Shown: piece by piece, positions 1 to 13,600 of the stretch | How the letters are laid out: each line of letters starts with the position of its first letter | Position numbering within the stretch: the stretch's first letter is position 1 | Origin: Balanoglossus misakiensis | Taxonomy: Eukaryota; Animalia; Hemichordata | Assembly (NCBI GenBank): GCA_040954595.2 | Contig: CM082578.2 | Location: 9,285,519 to 9,349,518 of the forward strand | Direction of reading: 5' to 3' | DNA length: 64,000 nucleotides | Made by a program: the position numbers and the translations under genes | The notes under the pieces: model-generated | What the model saw: only the letters and a program-made list of their open reading frames with translations | What the model was told of the DNA's origin: nothing | Database searches by the model: none

Positions 1-1403
1 AACCATTCTCCATCCTTAAAAAGTTGCCATTGAGCTGTGAAGAAAACGCCATTTTCATGCTAAATAATTGAAACCTCGACATCTTACATCCCTAAACAGT
101 GGCTAATGTATATTTTATTGCACGTTAACATTTTAAGCAAACACACTTAGTACCTTAGCCCGCGTAGGCGATAACTGCTGCCGTTGTCTGTTTCAAAATA
201 ACTGGCAATAAATATCAAGGAACATCTACATATAAACTGTTAGGAGACTAAATTGTCATGGCTTATGCAGAAAGTTTACTGGCGACCCGTCATTTATATA
301 CACACAGCATATAGTCAACTCAATCACTATCGGACACAGCCCAGGCGAAACTCATTCCAAAAACAACTCGTCTCGCTCTCTAACTCGATCAACGCGGAGT
401 AATTGCATCGCGTCTTATAATCTCAAACACGGCCATTATATACATTTACCTGCAAATCGTTGTGACTAACTTTCCCTGGTCGCGTATTTGGTGTAAATAA
501 GGTATTGTGCATTGGCGCTGAGCCCAAACTTTCCCCATTAGTTTCCAAGTCACGTATACTTGTGGCTATCATATATACTAGGACTGTTTGATCTAATGAG
601 ATCATCGACGTGTCTATGTGTTTCATTAAAACAACACTATTTTTACGACCATGTTTGTGAAGAGACTTCATTAGTTCGGCTTCATACAAAGTGCGGGGCA
701 CAAGTTGCACCCATAGAAATGTCTGCAGTTTGCCCTATAGTCCCATTCCAACCATGTTTTCGGACTATACTATACATGCTCCTGTTGATTCGCAAAGAAT
801 GTAATAACTGCTTTGAATTCCTCGATATCCACGTTAACCCCACATAAACTTTGAGACAACAGCGCACAGCTACTGTGACACGCTCTTTAAAACGATATTT
901 GTGAATATAAGGAATTCAATTTGGATGAGATAATATCTTCTCGTCATGCGCTTTGCCAATTTAACAAAAACTGATGAATGAATCTGAAATGTTTCCTCTT
1001 CAGAGAAGGTTGACGTGCAGAGAGTGTGTGGTGTCGTGGTATACTCTCGTCTGAATTAATTTCTAGTCCGTTCATCAAACACTGGATGTGTTACCGGTAG
1101 CAGACAAATTAAAGATGGGGGTTATCGGAAACCGTGTTTCCAGGTACAGAAACATGCGTATCATGTAATACATCTCTGCTGGCATTCATCACGCAAAGAA
1201 GGGTTTTCAAAAGCAGATGTCGCGGGGTGACCGCACATGAAGGGCGAGGACGTGGAATGTGTGATTAAAACGGAAGGTCGCGGGCAATCACAAAGTATTC
1301 GTGCTGTTCAGTAGAAATTATCGCAGCTCGCCGTTCGTATGTATGTGCAGTAATTTTGTTTAGCTGTTATCATTTGCTGCAAACAGAGATAAGATTCGCG
1401 CTT

Positions 1404-1755
1404 TTAGATAGTAGACCCACGTGCCCCGGGCCTGAAAAATTATAGTCCTCCAAACCTTTCGAATATTTGCCATAATAAAGTACGTGTGGAGTGTTTTTGA
1501 AATCGAAGAGGAAAAAATGGTGTCCACTGTCTTGTATAAGATGTCATAAAAATCACTATTTTTAGTTTTCTCCATAGAGTTTTAACACAGGGATTGGCGG
1601 CCATTTTGAATATCACATTTGAGCCAAATTTTCTCTCTCATGCAATATTTTCGTAAGCGTCCTCAATATTTGTTTTCAATTTTAAAAGTAGAGAATAATC
1701 TAAAGTTGCCTTGAGCAAAATATGAGATGTTGATTTTCCTGGCGTATACTAGTAC
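1404..1755. mobile_element. Diverged copy of a dispersed non-autonomous DNA-transposon-like repeat (TTAA-ended family, possibly Kolobok-like); boundaries approximate
   Basis: 1691-1726 GAGAATAATCTAAAGTTGCCTTGAGCAAAATATGAG matches 23290-23325 at 34/36. Its end (CTGGCGTATACTA) resembles the end of the second copy (GAGGCGCATTCTACCTTAA). Superfamily is inferred. Confidence 0.55.
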
Positions 1756-3238
1756 AATCTTACGACGACAGTGCAAGGCAATTTCTGATGTCGATGTACA
1801 ATCACAAGCCGCGTATATAGCTATAGGGCGATTCAAAATGACTTCTTCGCTTGATCTCTGCTATCTTTCATATATTCCCTTGTTGCAGCGGATCGAGGGA
1901 GTTGAACAATGTATTTTGATTTATTATTGCAATTTGCACATCGTACACACAATGTTCGTGTTGTTTCCAGCGTATTTTAGGTGATTTCAGAAGACAGACC
2001 CACTTGGTCTATGCTTAGATTAATGGGACTTTAGATGAAGCTGGGGATTGGTGTTCAAGTACTTCTATGGTAACCAGGACTGCTGTATTTTTACTGCACT
2101 GAATTCGAATTTTTAATGACGGTTTCTTGCTCGTCTTTTTCTCAGTAGAATTATAAAAGAAGCAATCATTTGTACAATTAAGTCACGTGTTTTGGTGAAT
2201 GTTTAAATTTGTGTCAATGTGTTACAACGCATCACAGATAAAATTGACCTGAACTCACACATTGGAGCGCCATCTAGTTGTGTTAAAACTCGTGTGTCTA
2301 ATCTTGTCTCGCAATCACATTTCTGAGTCAGACGCTTTGTCCAAACGACGACCTGCGATACTTTCTGTAACAAACAAAGTTGTATTTCCATCTATCTCTC
2401 CACGAACAGTATGGCATGCGACAATTTTAACGATTCACTCGACTGAGATTTTCCTCACCGTTAACTCGTATTTAGACGTGATAACGACCAAGAATTCCAC
2501 CCAAACTATCAGCAGAATGAGGGTCCGCCATTACCCGCAGTCACACGATTGAATCACTGATACAGATCGCTATCATTCTTGGACATTCAGTGAATACGCA
2601 TCTCAGTTCCCCGTGGAATCACTTTATACATGCGACCGGGCGAAAGCCACGTGAACTTTATCTCAAACCAGGATACAAAAAACTTAACATGTATTTGCAA
2701 GCAGTTGATTTTCATGGCAGAGCTGCTGGCCTCTTTTGCAACATTTATCAGGGCTGGCATTTGCAGTTGACAGCGCGATTTCAGCGTCTGGGACAACCGA
2801 TTAAGATTGATCTATTTTCAAAACGAAGCTATGTTGTGAGCAACTGTCAATGATTAATGAAAACTCCTGAAATCGTTCATTTTATAGGTTCATTTAAAGC
2901 AGGTTTGACTATAAGCATCTGTTAAATTGTAATAAAGGAGTTCCCGAGAAAATCGGTGGCCGCACTGTTTTCAGGGCATCATCACCGTCATGCTGATGGG
3001 GGGCCGGCGGGACACCAGATTAACACGCGACTGGATTTTGATTTCCCGGGCGATCGTCACACCTTTTCACGGGGTCATGATACCTGGCGCCGATTTACCT
3101 CGGATGAACACACCTCGGCGATGACTAATGCGCACAGTACCGTGACAACTTTACAGCCTCGGAGTTCGGCCATCCTCATCACGTACCCGGATGGTGTGAT
3201 AGCGTGAACGCATCGCACGGATAATGAAAAGAAACACC

Positions 3239-3354
3239 GGGGGGGGGGGGGGGAGCCCTTTACCCCCCGCACGCGCGTATCGACTTGTAAGGAAGTCTAT
3301 CCCAAGACATTGCCTTGCTTCGGGAGAGAGTGGAGTTGGGCGGGGGGGGGGGGG
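3239..3354 (+). repeat. Two poly-G tracts (G15 and G13), G-quadruplex-capable
   Basis: G runs at 3239-3253 and 3342-3354, read directly. Confidence 0.85.
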
Positions 3355-4374
3355 TATAAAACAAGAGTAATTTCCTCGTTGATAGGCAGGGTTAAATCAC
3401 GGTCACTCCGCAGACCGTGCTTAAATGAATCTTTAAATGGAGACAGCAGAGATTAACGGGGTCTATCATGGAAATGCCGTAGGCTGCGTTTTGATGCACT
3501 TAGATAGTGTACGGTACGTCCATCGCAGGAACCCACTACAGATAGTTTTGATACGGTAATGGATTGGTTGATCCCAGTTAGACTGTACGAAGACCGGTAG
3601 AGAGACAATATATCGGCACACAGAAAGGTCGCGTTTGCAATACTCTCGCAATACGCCGGTCTGACAAGACAAGGCTGGATACGCCCGATTCTTTGTGTGT
3701 TTGGCTGCACAGCTAATTGGAAAGATCCGCTGCATTTATACCTAAAATGTTATTTTTACCGCATTATTTAAATTTTGTCTTTTTAAAATTTTATATAATT
3801 AGACATTAAAAGTACTAGATTTTTTGGAGATATAATCTTCATTGAACACTCCAAAAGTACACATACCGATTTACCTTGAATGCAAATAAATGCCCATAAA
3901 TTTTCATAGTGGTCTAATAACCAATGCATTTTAAACAAACTGGCCTGCCCGCTGGCTACATCTTTAACCATTTACTTTTGATTTGCTATCAATCATTCAG
4001 GCTTAAATTTGAACCAAGGTTGTCGACACCTTTTCTCTGACAGATTAATAGCCGAACATGTTTCCAAATTACATTCAATGGCATTTTGTGTTGATCTGCC
4101 ACGAGTTGAACTTTTTTCAATAATTTTAATAAATAGAGTGCGACACGTGCACACGACTAGCCATAAAGTACCTGCAATACATCGGCGTATTTAACCTTCG
4201 GGCGAATTGCTATGAGGTAGAAATAAATCGCGATCTTAAATAGCCATTTACCACCTGACACAGCACAACGTTTGTTTTCCCCGAACAATCTGTTTTCCTT
4301 TCGGTTTAAACCTCGCAATTAAAAGGAATATCTTTGCCAGAAAACGCATACACATCTCTTTTTTTTGGTGACAA

Positions 4375-4410
4375 CCCCGGGGGTACTCCCACTATGTTCA
4401 CACGGGGGTG
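4375..4410 (+). mobile_element. Possible orphan terminus of a CACTA/CMC-type element
   Basis: CCCCGGGGGTACTCCC...ACGGGGGTGCGC resembles CCC-starting termini I recall from marine invertebrate non-autonomous elements. No partner TIR found. Confidence 0.25.
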
Positions 4411-5088
4411 CGCAGCCCAAGTTTATATAAAACATTGCACTTATACACCATTGTTTAGGGATTATTAGTCAAAATTATTGATATATTCAGGTCCAAATTT
4501 GAATCCCGCGATTTTTGTCTGCGTTACAATTGTAGACCAAATAATCCAATTTTCCTTTCGCGAACTACCCATCTAAAACAAAGCACTAATCCCCAGTCCC
4601 TCGATGAGCATACGATTAATCTTCATCGGTTGCGGCCAGGTAGAAATAGCGTTATAGGTGTTATACGTCGCGACACGCAAAGATGGATGACGCGAGATAG
4701 CGAGACTGCATGCCCCATTGATCAGCTGGTAAACCATATTGTTCAGGCATGCTGCAGCTGAATGGATATGGTTTGTTTCCAGGGGGTCGTTTTCACCACA
4801 GACAGTAGAAAGCGGCCGCCATCTACCCTTGCATATTTTGATCGCACAGTCTATTTCTTTCACCCTGCCCTGTACGGACCGCTTCCGATGGTTGTCCGTG
4901 GTGCTACTGAGCAACGCCGTACATACTATAGGTGTAAATTTGACTAGTTGAGGTGCTTTGATGTGGCGTTTGTAAGATCGAGTAGATTGTTATACCATAT
5001 GCAGTTACTAACACTTGAAGCCATCCTTTCAATCATGCTCAGAACATCCGTTGAAAATAAGCTATTTGAATATCCCAGGCTACTGACG

Positions 5089-5104
5089 GCGGAAGTGACG
5101 TCAC
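5089..5104 (+). promoter_or_regulatory. Overlapping ETS-CRE composite motif
   Basis: Exact 16-mer GCGGAAGTGACGTCAC (ETS CGGAAGT overlapping CRE TGACGTCA). The motif is certain; function is unproven. Confidence 0.4.
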
Positions 5105-7723
5105 GCTCAACCTTAAGCAGCGATCTCAAATCTCAAAGTGGGAAAAGATCCCCGAAACCACGTGGTATTGTCGAAGTATAGGTAATTGTATCGACTAAAG
5201 TGGGTTTACGATTCTAAACCTTGTGGTTTGGGACGCCATGTTGTTAACCGCACTCGGCCTTCAAAGCCGCTTAAGGCCTAAATGGATTATCAGAACCAAG
5301 GCCCCACAGACAGACTTTGAAAGCAAATTCAATTTTTCATCACAAGAGGACTTTTGTAGTACATATGTGCCCAATCGTAATGCTAATCCTAATTGTAAAG
5401 GTTCAACTGTACAGGTGAAGGTAGACATTTTGTAAAAAAAATGTATAATCGATATAAAGAGTGTATACCATCTGGATGTGTTATATCTATGTCTTGCGCA
5501 TAGTGGTGATCGGAAAAATAACATTACATCACTCTCACATAAGACAGATATAATAAATGTACCAGTTGGAAATCTGTCTTATATTTCCCCTTTCTTGACG
5601 ACTTCATACTTGTAGTGGGATCAAGGCATAACTGCATTTCACGCATAGGTGGAGCAAAGAAGCAACATCACGTGATTTCACCATTGGCCGCACCGGTGAT
5701 CTGAGTGGATGTCACGTAGCTGTGAAATTCGACCGTTTTGCGCAAGTCCGTCAACTTAATGCGTGGAAATTGGAATGGTTGTGTAGGAGAAGAGTACCGT
5801 GAACTATGCTAGGTAATTGTGCTAAATTGATTTTAAACGGTCACTGTGGTGTTTCTAAGTAAGTCAGAACATCTGACCCACCACGCTCTTTTAGGGTGTC
5901 GCCAATTACTAACGGGCCATGGGCTGAAGAAATAACCGGTGAAAATCGTGTTATTTGACTAACACCTCCCAAAGCCAAACATATGGGTAACCCGCCGTTC
6001 TAAGACAGACATTTCAAAGTGGGGTTCCACTTGCAGCAAAAGAGGTTGCGATGCGTCGCAATGCTGCAGCCGTCCCGTTCCCCTATAGTACGCTGATTGC
6101 TGAACACACGGCAGTTTGTTTTCAGACTTCTGATTTATACGTTGGCTATGGTGCCGACCCCAGATGTCGACGCACAATTAGTTATGTATTTCTATTTTAA
6201 TCTTCATGGAAAGCTATCAGATATTGCGATTCACGGTCCAGAACAACATGTACGCCTGTATACAGAGAGGGCGGCAGCCTACCACTAGATTTACAATAAC
6301 GAACGCTGAGTAAAACCAAATATGGTTATATGCAGGTACACAGGTGGTGGAATGTTAAATGGGGTAGGGTGTTTTGCATAACAATGTGTAGCTGGCGATT
6401 TCTTAGCGGTCGCCAAAAGTAACTCGAAATGCGTGCATATTGTAATCAGTGCTGAGGGCTGAATTTGCATATTGTTTTTTTTCTTAATTAATTTTGTGAA
6501 ATAATCTGTCCTAAGACGAGGTAACCTGACAGGGGTAATCAAAAGAACCTGCGTAACATGGATCACTCTCACTGCACAGATCATCAGACAGGCGAATGGC
6601 AAATTAGGCGGCACGACTACTGCGCAGTTTTCTTGATGGACAGCAGTTTGTTGCTCTGTAGTTTATGCTTTTAGTCGTGCGTTTTTACGCACGGAGGACA
6701 GACCGTAAAAGTGAAATGTGAATCCACTAGCTCGGCGACCGGCAGACGAACAGAATCGTTAACATGAATGACAGGTGAAATGAGTGCATCGGCGCTGTCA
6801 AACTTCACTCAGATTTTACTGGGCACGTCAATGAAACATTTGAAATAAATGTCGTTCTTGCGTGCGCCGGTTACTTTGCCGACGGTCCATAATGTTTTAA
6901 ACTGATTGAATATTGACATTTGGCTTCGAATTACGAGTAACGACACCGTTGAAAATCTCGCTCCTCCGCAAGGAATGTTTAAAATGACTTTTTCCATCCT
7001 GATCTGATCGATGAGCGTTCATTCGTCGGTAAAGTTGTTGCGTGTGCGGGTGTTTTGCACCACCAAATCTTCTGACGTGAGCAGGAAAAGAGAACTCTAT
7101 GTTTTTGCAAACATAACACGTTAAGCAAGTGCCAAATTTAAAATATTGACGTTAAATTCATTTTGGAAATGGAATAGACATTTGCTGAGATTTTGTCGTG
7201 TTTCCATCTCACGCTACGAAAATCAAGAACTATATTTCGTTTTAATTTCAACTGGGATAATGAGACGGCAGAGTGAGTGATATTACAATATTGAGTCTAA
7301 CAAAAGTGAAAGCGTTGAAGTTGATTGTCATAGCATGTTACATTTTTCACAGCGTTTTACCGTATTCTATTTTCGTCTGACAACTATCGTCATGTCTAAT
7401 TGGTGTCTGACCTATTTCTTTTCAAAGCCGAACATCATCAATATTTTGACTCAGTCTTTTTATATTTTGGGGGATCAAAATGTCTCGAGTAGTACAATAT
7501 TCATCTTGAAATTATGTTAATTCAGCTGAGAATATCATTTCACGTCTAGGTGGCACAACATCAAATTAAACTTGTGAGAATTGGCGACAGTGCCTATACC
7601 CTGGTTTAAATGTATCTATGACTTGTTCCAGTTGCAGTTTTACCCGCGGTTCACGCTTCGGGTTGGGGCAAGTCTAAACATAGTACCTGTAATTTCAACT
7701 GTATATTTTAGGATACGTTTATT

Positions 7724-7796
7724 GGATTTCGCCTAGTGGTTTTCTGCCCGGACTTGCTACGTAAATTGGTGTGGGTAGGTCGGGGCTCGAATCCCG
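7724..7796 (+). mobile_element. Degenerate tRNA-derived (SINE-head-like) relic
   Basis: A-box-like TCGCCTAGTGG (7729-7739) and B-box-like GGCTCGAATCCC (7784-7795) at Pol III-compatible spacing. No complete cloverleaf. Confidence 0.3.
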
Positions 7797-10605
7797 TAAA
7801 TTATAAGTTGATTATAAAAATGGCTAAATATATCAGAGAGCTTTCGGTGTTACAATGCGAATTTGGCCTCGTATCGTCTTGTCAATGATTTGAATATGAC
7901 TGTTGTTATGTTGTCTGCGAGTCCCTTTGGTGTATAAATGCTGAATGTCTGCATTAAAGATCTTCACGTGATCACCAGATATTAGAGTCGTTCGGGATAA
8001 CTCTATTTAGACCACAAAGGAGTAGCGAGTATAGAAACCAAATGTAATTATGTAGACATTCGCGCTGGTTTTCACTGCAAGATGAAGTCATTATCGAACG
8101 CTGATTTCGAAACTCAGCACGGTATTTCGCTATTTCAAACGAATGTGTTTTTGTCCAGCCCAGAGTGAGAGCTCACCAGCCACTATACTTTTTGAACCGT
8201 TTCTCTCCCTGTGGAATCATCCTCCCCAGGCCAAGTGTCATACGATCTTCGCTAGCTTAAAAAGATTATTGCACTACCTGCGTGAGCGATGATTATCATA
8301 GGTCCAAATAATTGATGATCTTTAATGTCACACGTCGGGATATTCACGTTAAACGTCATCAGTTTCTGCTTGCTCCAGGAACTATTAACACTCTTCTATG
8401 GTAGCAATAGCGCAGTTGGAACCATTTTGACTGAAATGTGTGAAAAACTAAGCAGGGTGTTCGGCACCACGCAGCCGCTGTATTTGCTATTTCGTTTTGT
8501 TCAACGGTAGAATCTACGGTTCCATTCTTAAATACAACATATTTTGCTGCCTCTTGATATTTTGTGTAAAAGAACCCAGGGTTTGCAAGACCGTGCACAT
8601 GTGAATCGGTTTCTCCGGGTGGGTGGGTCGTTGGGCGAATGGATGGATGGATGAATGGATTGTGGCAAAATCTTTAATAATTGAAGAAGTCTCATATTGA
8701 GTCACTAACAACGAACTCGAAAGACTAACTTTAGTTTAAAACGAAAACTGTTTACTCACGTACGTTCTCTACACTTTCAGTCAGATTTATAGCCAGCTGC
8801 CGGTGTAAATTGTCAAAATTTCCGATTTCCAATGAGAACTAAACCATATGTGAAATTTCAAGCTCTCAAGCGAAGTCTCTCACATTGTAATGTTATAAAT
8901 CTCACAATTACGCTACAGTAACAAGCTCTTATTTTTCACACGTAAAACATCCACTATTCTGACAATACATGTACCATCACCGTGCTTAGGCATGTTTGGG
9001 AAGGAATATATTTCGCCTTGCTTGATACGTAATACCCGGAATATACAGTAACTGCAATGGTTCATATCTACACATTATAACGACAAGGCGAGTTCAACCA
9101 CGGGAGCATATTCAGTACACGTCCGGTTACAATTGTCACATGCTGTGTATTGAGAAGGTAACATAGCATACGTATACGTAACAACGCTAATAACAGACGT
9201 CTCGCTTGTTTCGTTTTCATTAATCTGGGCACTGACAAATTGTCTAGTGTACTAGTAATGCTGCTAAGTTTACAGTAGACCAAACCGACCTGCTTGCGTA
9301 GGGAACTCGTACGTCATACGTGGTCGCTTATGCTTATGATATTTTTTAATCAGTGGTAAATTAAAGTCTCTCACGGTTGCCAATGGTGAGATTTAAAATC
9401 AAAAACAGTAGCAAATAAATTGCTAGTAACCCTTTCGGTAGACCAGTTCGCATTCCACAGTGATTATGACTGCAAGAAATATAGACTTATACTATTCACG
9501 TACATGTACCTGTATGCAGTGAGTGATAAAAAATATCCCAATAGCACATGCGTAGTTTCGACTTACAGTTTAATTAGACGGGATGTAAAACTTGATCTTA
9601 ATTTGGCGGTCTAGAGTCATTGTCTGATTGATTTATCCCGGACCCTCGGAGAAACCCGGTGATGCGAAAGCGAATGTAATGAACGCTAATTATACCCCAG
9701 GTGATTTTAATCAATGTTCGATGGCTTCCATCAGTGCAGGCAGACGTTGTGACCGCGAGGATGGAGGGATCTAGCATGGATACATCAACATTAATGCATA
9801 TGTACGTGCAACGACCTTCACCGACGTCCTACGTCTTTTTTTGAGGGTCCGCTGTATGTCTCTTCCTTCATTTCCAATGTACCCCGCGGCATTTATCGGC
9901 AGAAACGCAGTATCATCCAGATCGCCGTCTTCGCGAACGGCAAGGACACATTACCTCCTGATGTCCTCAGGTAATTGGATTAACAGACAGCTTAAGGGCG
10001 ATGCGAGATTCGATCGGCGAGCTAGTGCATGCGCGTTGAACCTGGGGGGTCGTCTTCAAGGTTTCCGTTACCAACAACTGTCGATTAAATGAACGTTCAA
10101 CGGGGAAAAGCTAAATTGAATTTCAATTAAGGAATCTCTGCTGGGGTAACGTAACGTAACGGTTGTGATTCGTCGGGAAGTTTTTCTATGTCTAGTCTAC
10201 ACATGAAGTTGTAGTCGTTGTTGAATAAGTCCCGTCAAGTTAAGGTTTTACTTTTAGCATCAACCTTTATCTGTGCATGTTCGTCCTACACTGCCGTTTC
10301 CCTGCAGTGTAGACCTAGAGATGATTCATCACGTTATTGCACTACGTGACTTAGTGATCACGTCTAGAATTGTTTGCAGCTTCATGGTTTATAGCTTAGA
10401 TATGCCGATTCGGAAGCCAATTCATCATAAAGTTTAACAATTAAAATAGTGTGCCAACATGTCCGTATGATTTCTACGTAAACGTAAATTTCTATTAAGC
10501 ATTGGACACTGTTTTATGTCTTGCCCAAAGCGATGGCATCACTACAGCATAAGCCGCGCACATTGTGGAATGACTGACGTGAAAGCGAAGGGAGCTAATG
10601 CGGCC

Positions 10606-10661
10606 GTCTGTTTGTCTATCTGTCCGTCCTTCTGTCTGTCTCTGGCTGTCTGTCTATCTGT
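10606..10661. repeat. Degenerate (TGTC)n microsatellite
   Basis: GTCTGTTTGTCTATCTGTCCGTCC...TGTCTGTCTATCTG. Confidence 0.75.
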
Positions 10662-13600
10662 TTAAAGGGCGTGAACTATTTTCTGTTTTTACAACAGCTC
10701 CAAAGAGGTGTCGTCAAACAGAATGTCGGCTTCATGGTTTATAAGAATACGTAACTCTCCAAATATACGCATATGACTTGCAATGCACTTCAACACTGTC
10801 GCCAATCAATCCTTTTACGTCAAGATACCGTCGAACATTTTGCACAAAGTTTAGAATCGGAATGGCGACATTTCAGACTAGACAGGGACATCAATCCGAT
10901 CGTGATGACCCAAAGCTGGCCGACGGAACCTTCCGTCAAAGATTAATGGATTTCTATCAAATTTGATACAAAGAAAATTCCATATGACGTGAACGAACAG
11001 GCAGGTATTTCGCAATTCATGACCCATCACTGCTGACTTCCTTAGCAACCGGGCTTGTGTCAAGGACGGGCCATTTGTTTACTTATTCATGGCGCTATCT
11101 ACTATCCATCCGACAATAACGAGACGTAAGTAATTATATTCCCTGGTTCCGGTAACTTTCTGCAAGCAAATAACTTAAAGGTTATCTTCAGGTATATATT
11201 GATCAGCAGGTTATACTAACAGCTACACAAGCGACACATAATTTAATCGACTTCCAATGCAAGAATAGAGATTAGAGAAGCAAAAGACATGTAGTGTGGG
11301 GGGGGGGGGGTATTCCCGCCGCCCTCCCATGTACGCTCCTCTGGGGGATCATCAGAACATGCATCAAATACCCAAAACACATGCATGTATTGATGAGACG
11401 AGTCTTCCATCGGACACGACAAACATTGTCACGTAAATGTGTGTAAACCAATCCACACTTCCAGTCGTAATCAGTGGATAATCGCCGTTGGAGCCCGTTC
11501 AAATTTCCAATATAGATTTCGAAATCGTGACGTGCCATTTACCCTGTCTGGATATAAATCTGGTCGTTTTTAATCAGGTTGTTACTACATTTTACGTTTG
11601 GTTACCCACGTCTGTCGATTGAGCATTTGGCAAATGGCTGCTCCGTGCTCAGACAGAATGCCAGGATGGCTTAGGTGCCTCGTTAATGTCCAAAACCTAA
11701 TCTGGAGTTCTTCCATTTCTGAGATTGACTTCCGCTTATTTATCGCACCCGCACCGCTCGCTTCACACTTCCCAGCTCCGAATACGTGATGATGGCATCA
11801 GCTGCGGACTGTTACTTTCAGGGCCGTGAGCAAATTTATCAGAACTCATCAGATCAGCGTCGTTGACAACATTTCATGCGACGGAAACTGACGTGGAGTT
11901 TTTTGCCATATAGGCCTATATGCCAAACATTTTGGTGATCAATGCACCGCCGTGCAAAGGCGGCGATTGTTGTTTCCCTGAATAATTTCGCTTTTAATAT
12001 GTTTAGGTAAGCGATGCACTCTTTCAATTTGCCAAACGAAAAACAGATAAACATGCACGGAGGGATTGACGTGTATTGTCATTGAAGTGAAAAAGTCGCC
12101 ATTTATCCAATTGTACACTTTAAGTGTACAAATACTAGTAGATTCTAAAGTACCGCTTGCTTGTAAAGTAACGATCAGACATGTGAAATTCCCCCAGGCT
12201 TTGGGATGCTATGGATTGTGGTGGGAATTGTGCGTTTCACGCGGGTCGGCGAGCAAATTTATACTTCTGGGGGGTTTAGGGTGAGTTACACCTTTGGTAA
12301 TTGCATAATTCTGCCGCCGATTCGGTAAATGATAGCCCATGGCGGTGTATAAGTACCCGTATTCACAATCCCCTCGACAAAACACAAAGACTAGGCTCGG
12401 TTTTATACTCTATAAATCCATTCGTGGTCATGCTTTATTGTTGTCTTTCTAGCACAGGATGAATATCGCAATGAATCTTCGTGTCATTTTATATACGAGG
12501 AAGAGATCGCGAGTTTTGCACGTGCGGTATTCCAATTCAAGGCAATCTGTTGATAGATACTGTAGCAGTTACACAACTTGATTCTTGGGGCGTTTGACGA
12601 CATTCCTATAGCGCCACACGCAATCGCGTGTCTCCTCTATTTTGAACGTGTAATACCGTCCCTCGGTGATGGATGGACGGATATCTTTTGCTGAGATTGG
12701 GTAATAAACCCTCGGCGTGACCAAGGAACAATAATCCCCCCCCCGCCCCCCGCTGTGGTGAAGTTGAAAAAAAAATCACAATCCGATGCTGACATTACGC
12801 CACTCCGTCTACATGCGTCAAGCTGTGGGCAACCGAGCGCTTGCGATCTCCTCAGGGGAACTCACGTAAAGTGGTTGGTATGATTTTGAGGTATGGTCTT
12901 CGAGCTGACCTCTCCATGCCCAAACGTTATGCATACAATTATGCATTCGGTTCGTCTCCTTCTCCAAAGACCTTCAAATTTGTGATTAATGTAAGTGTCT
13001 AATGAAGGATTATCTCAAATGAAATGAGCGTTTTGAGTAGATAACGAGTAATAAAACAGAATTAATATCATGCTCACGCTCTCAGAGACACCTTTCTACA
13101 CGATTTAATCTGACAAAATTTCCGACTCAAATAATAAAACAGCGACTGGCAAGCTCCCAGGATTAACGAAATCGTGCAGCAATTTCTTAAAAGAGGTGTT
13201 ATATCATCCAGTGTCCTAAAATTGTTAGGTTTTATGTTTGTCCATTGTAAATCACACAGTAAGTGGTAGTCGTTTCTTTTTTAGGATAGAGAACACATTA
13301 ATAGCAAAGTATAAAATATATTCGACGCCGTCGCCATTTCGAGGAGAAAAATATGTGGCAGTAGCAGGGTGCAATACAACTATTCACGAAAAATGTAGTG
13401 CAGTTATCATTAAAACACAAAATATTGCAGCTTTAATTTATCTCTCCAACATGGATGTTTCAGTAAGGAAAGCGATCTAGGCATCATCGATGCATACTAA
13501 AACCACCACGCATGTAAACGTCGCCTTCATCTAAATGGCCATTTATATCAGGATATACCTGTCTAGTGAAGCTCTAACCGACCGACGAACAGTAATATAT

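Noticed and set aside
4213-4235. let-7-like start TGAGGTAG
   Set aside because: The match stops after 8 nt and no precursor hairpin is evident. I saw no other conserved miRNA by eye.
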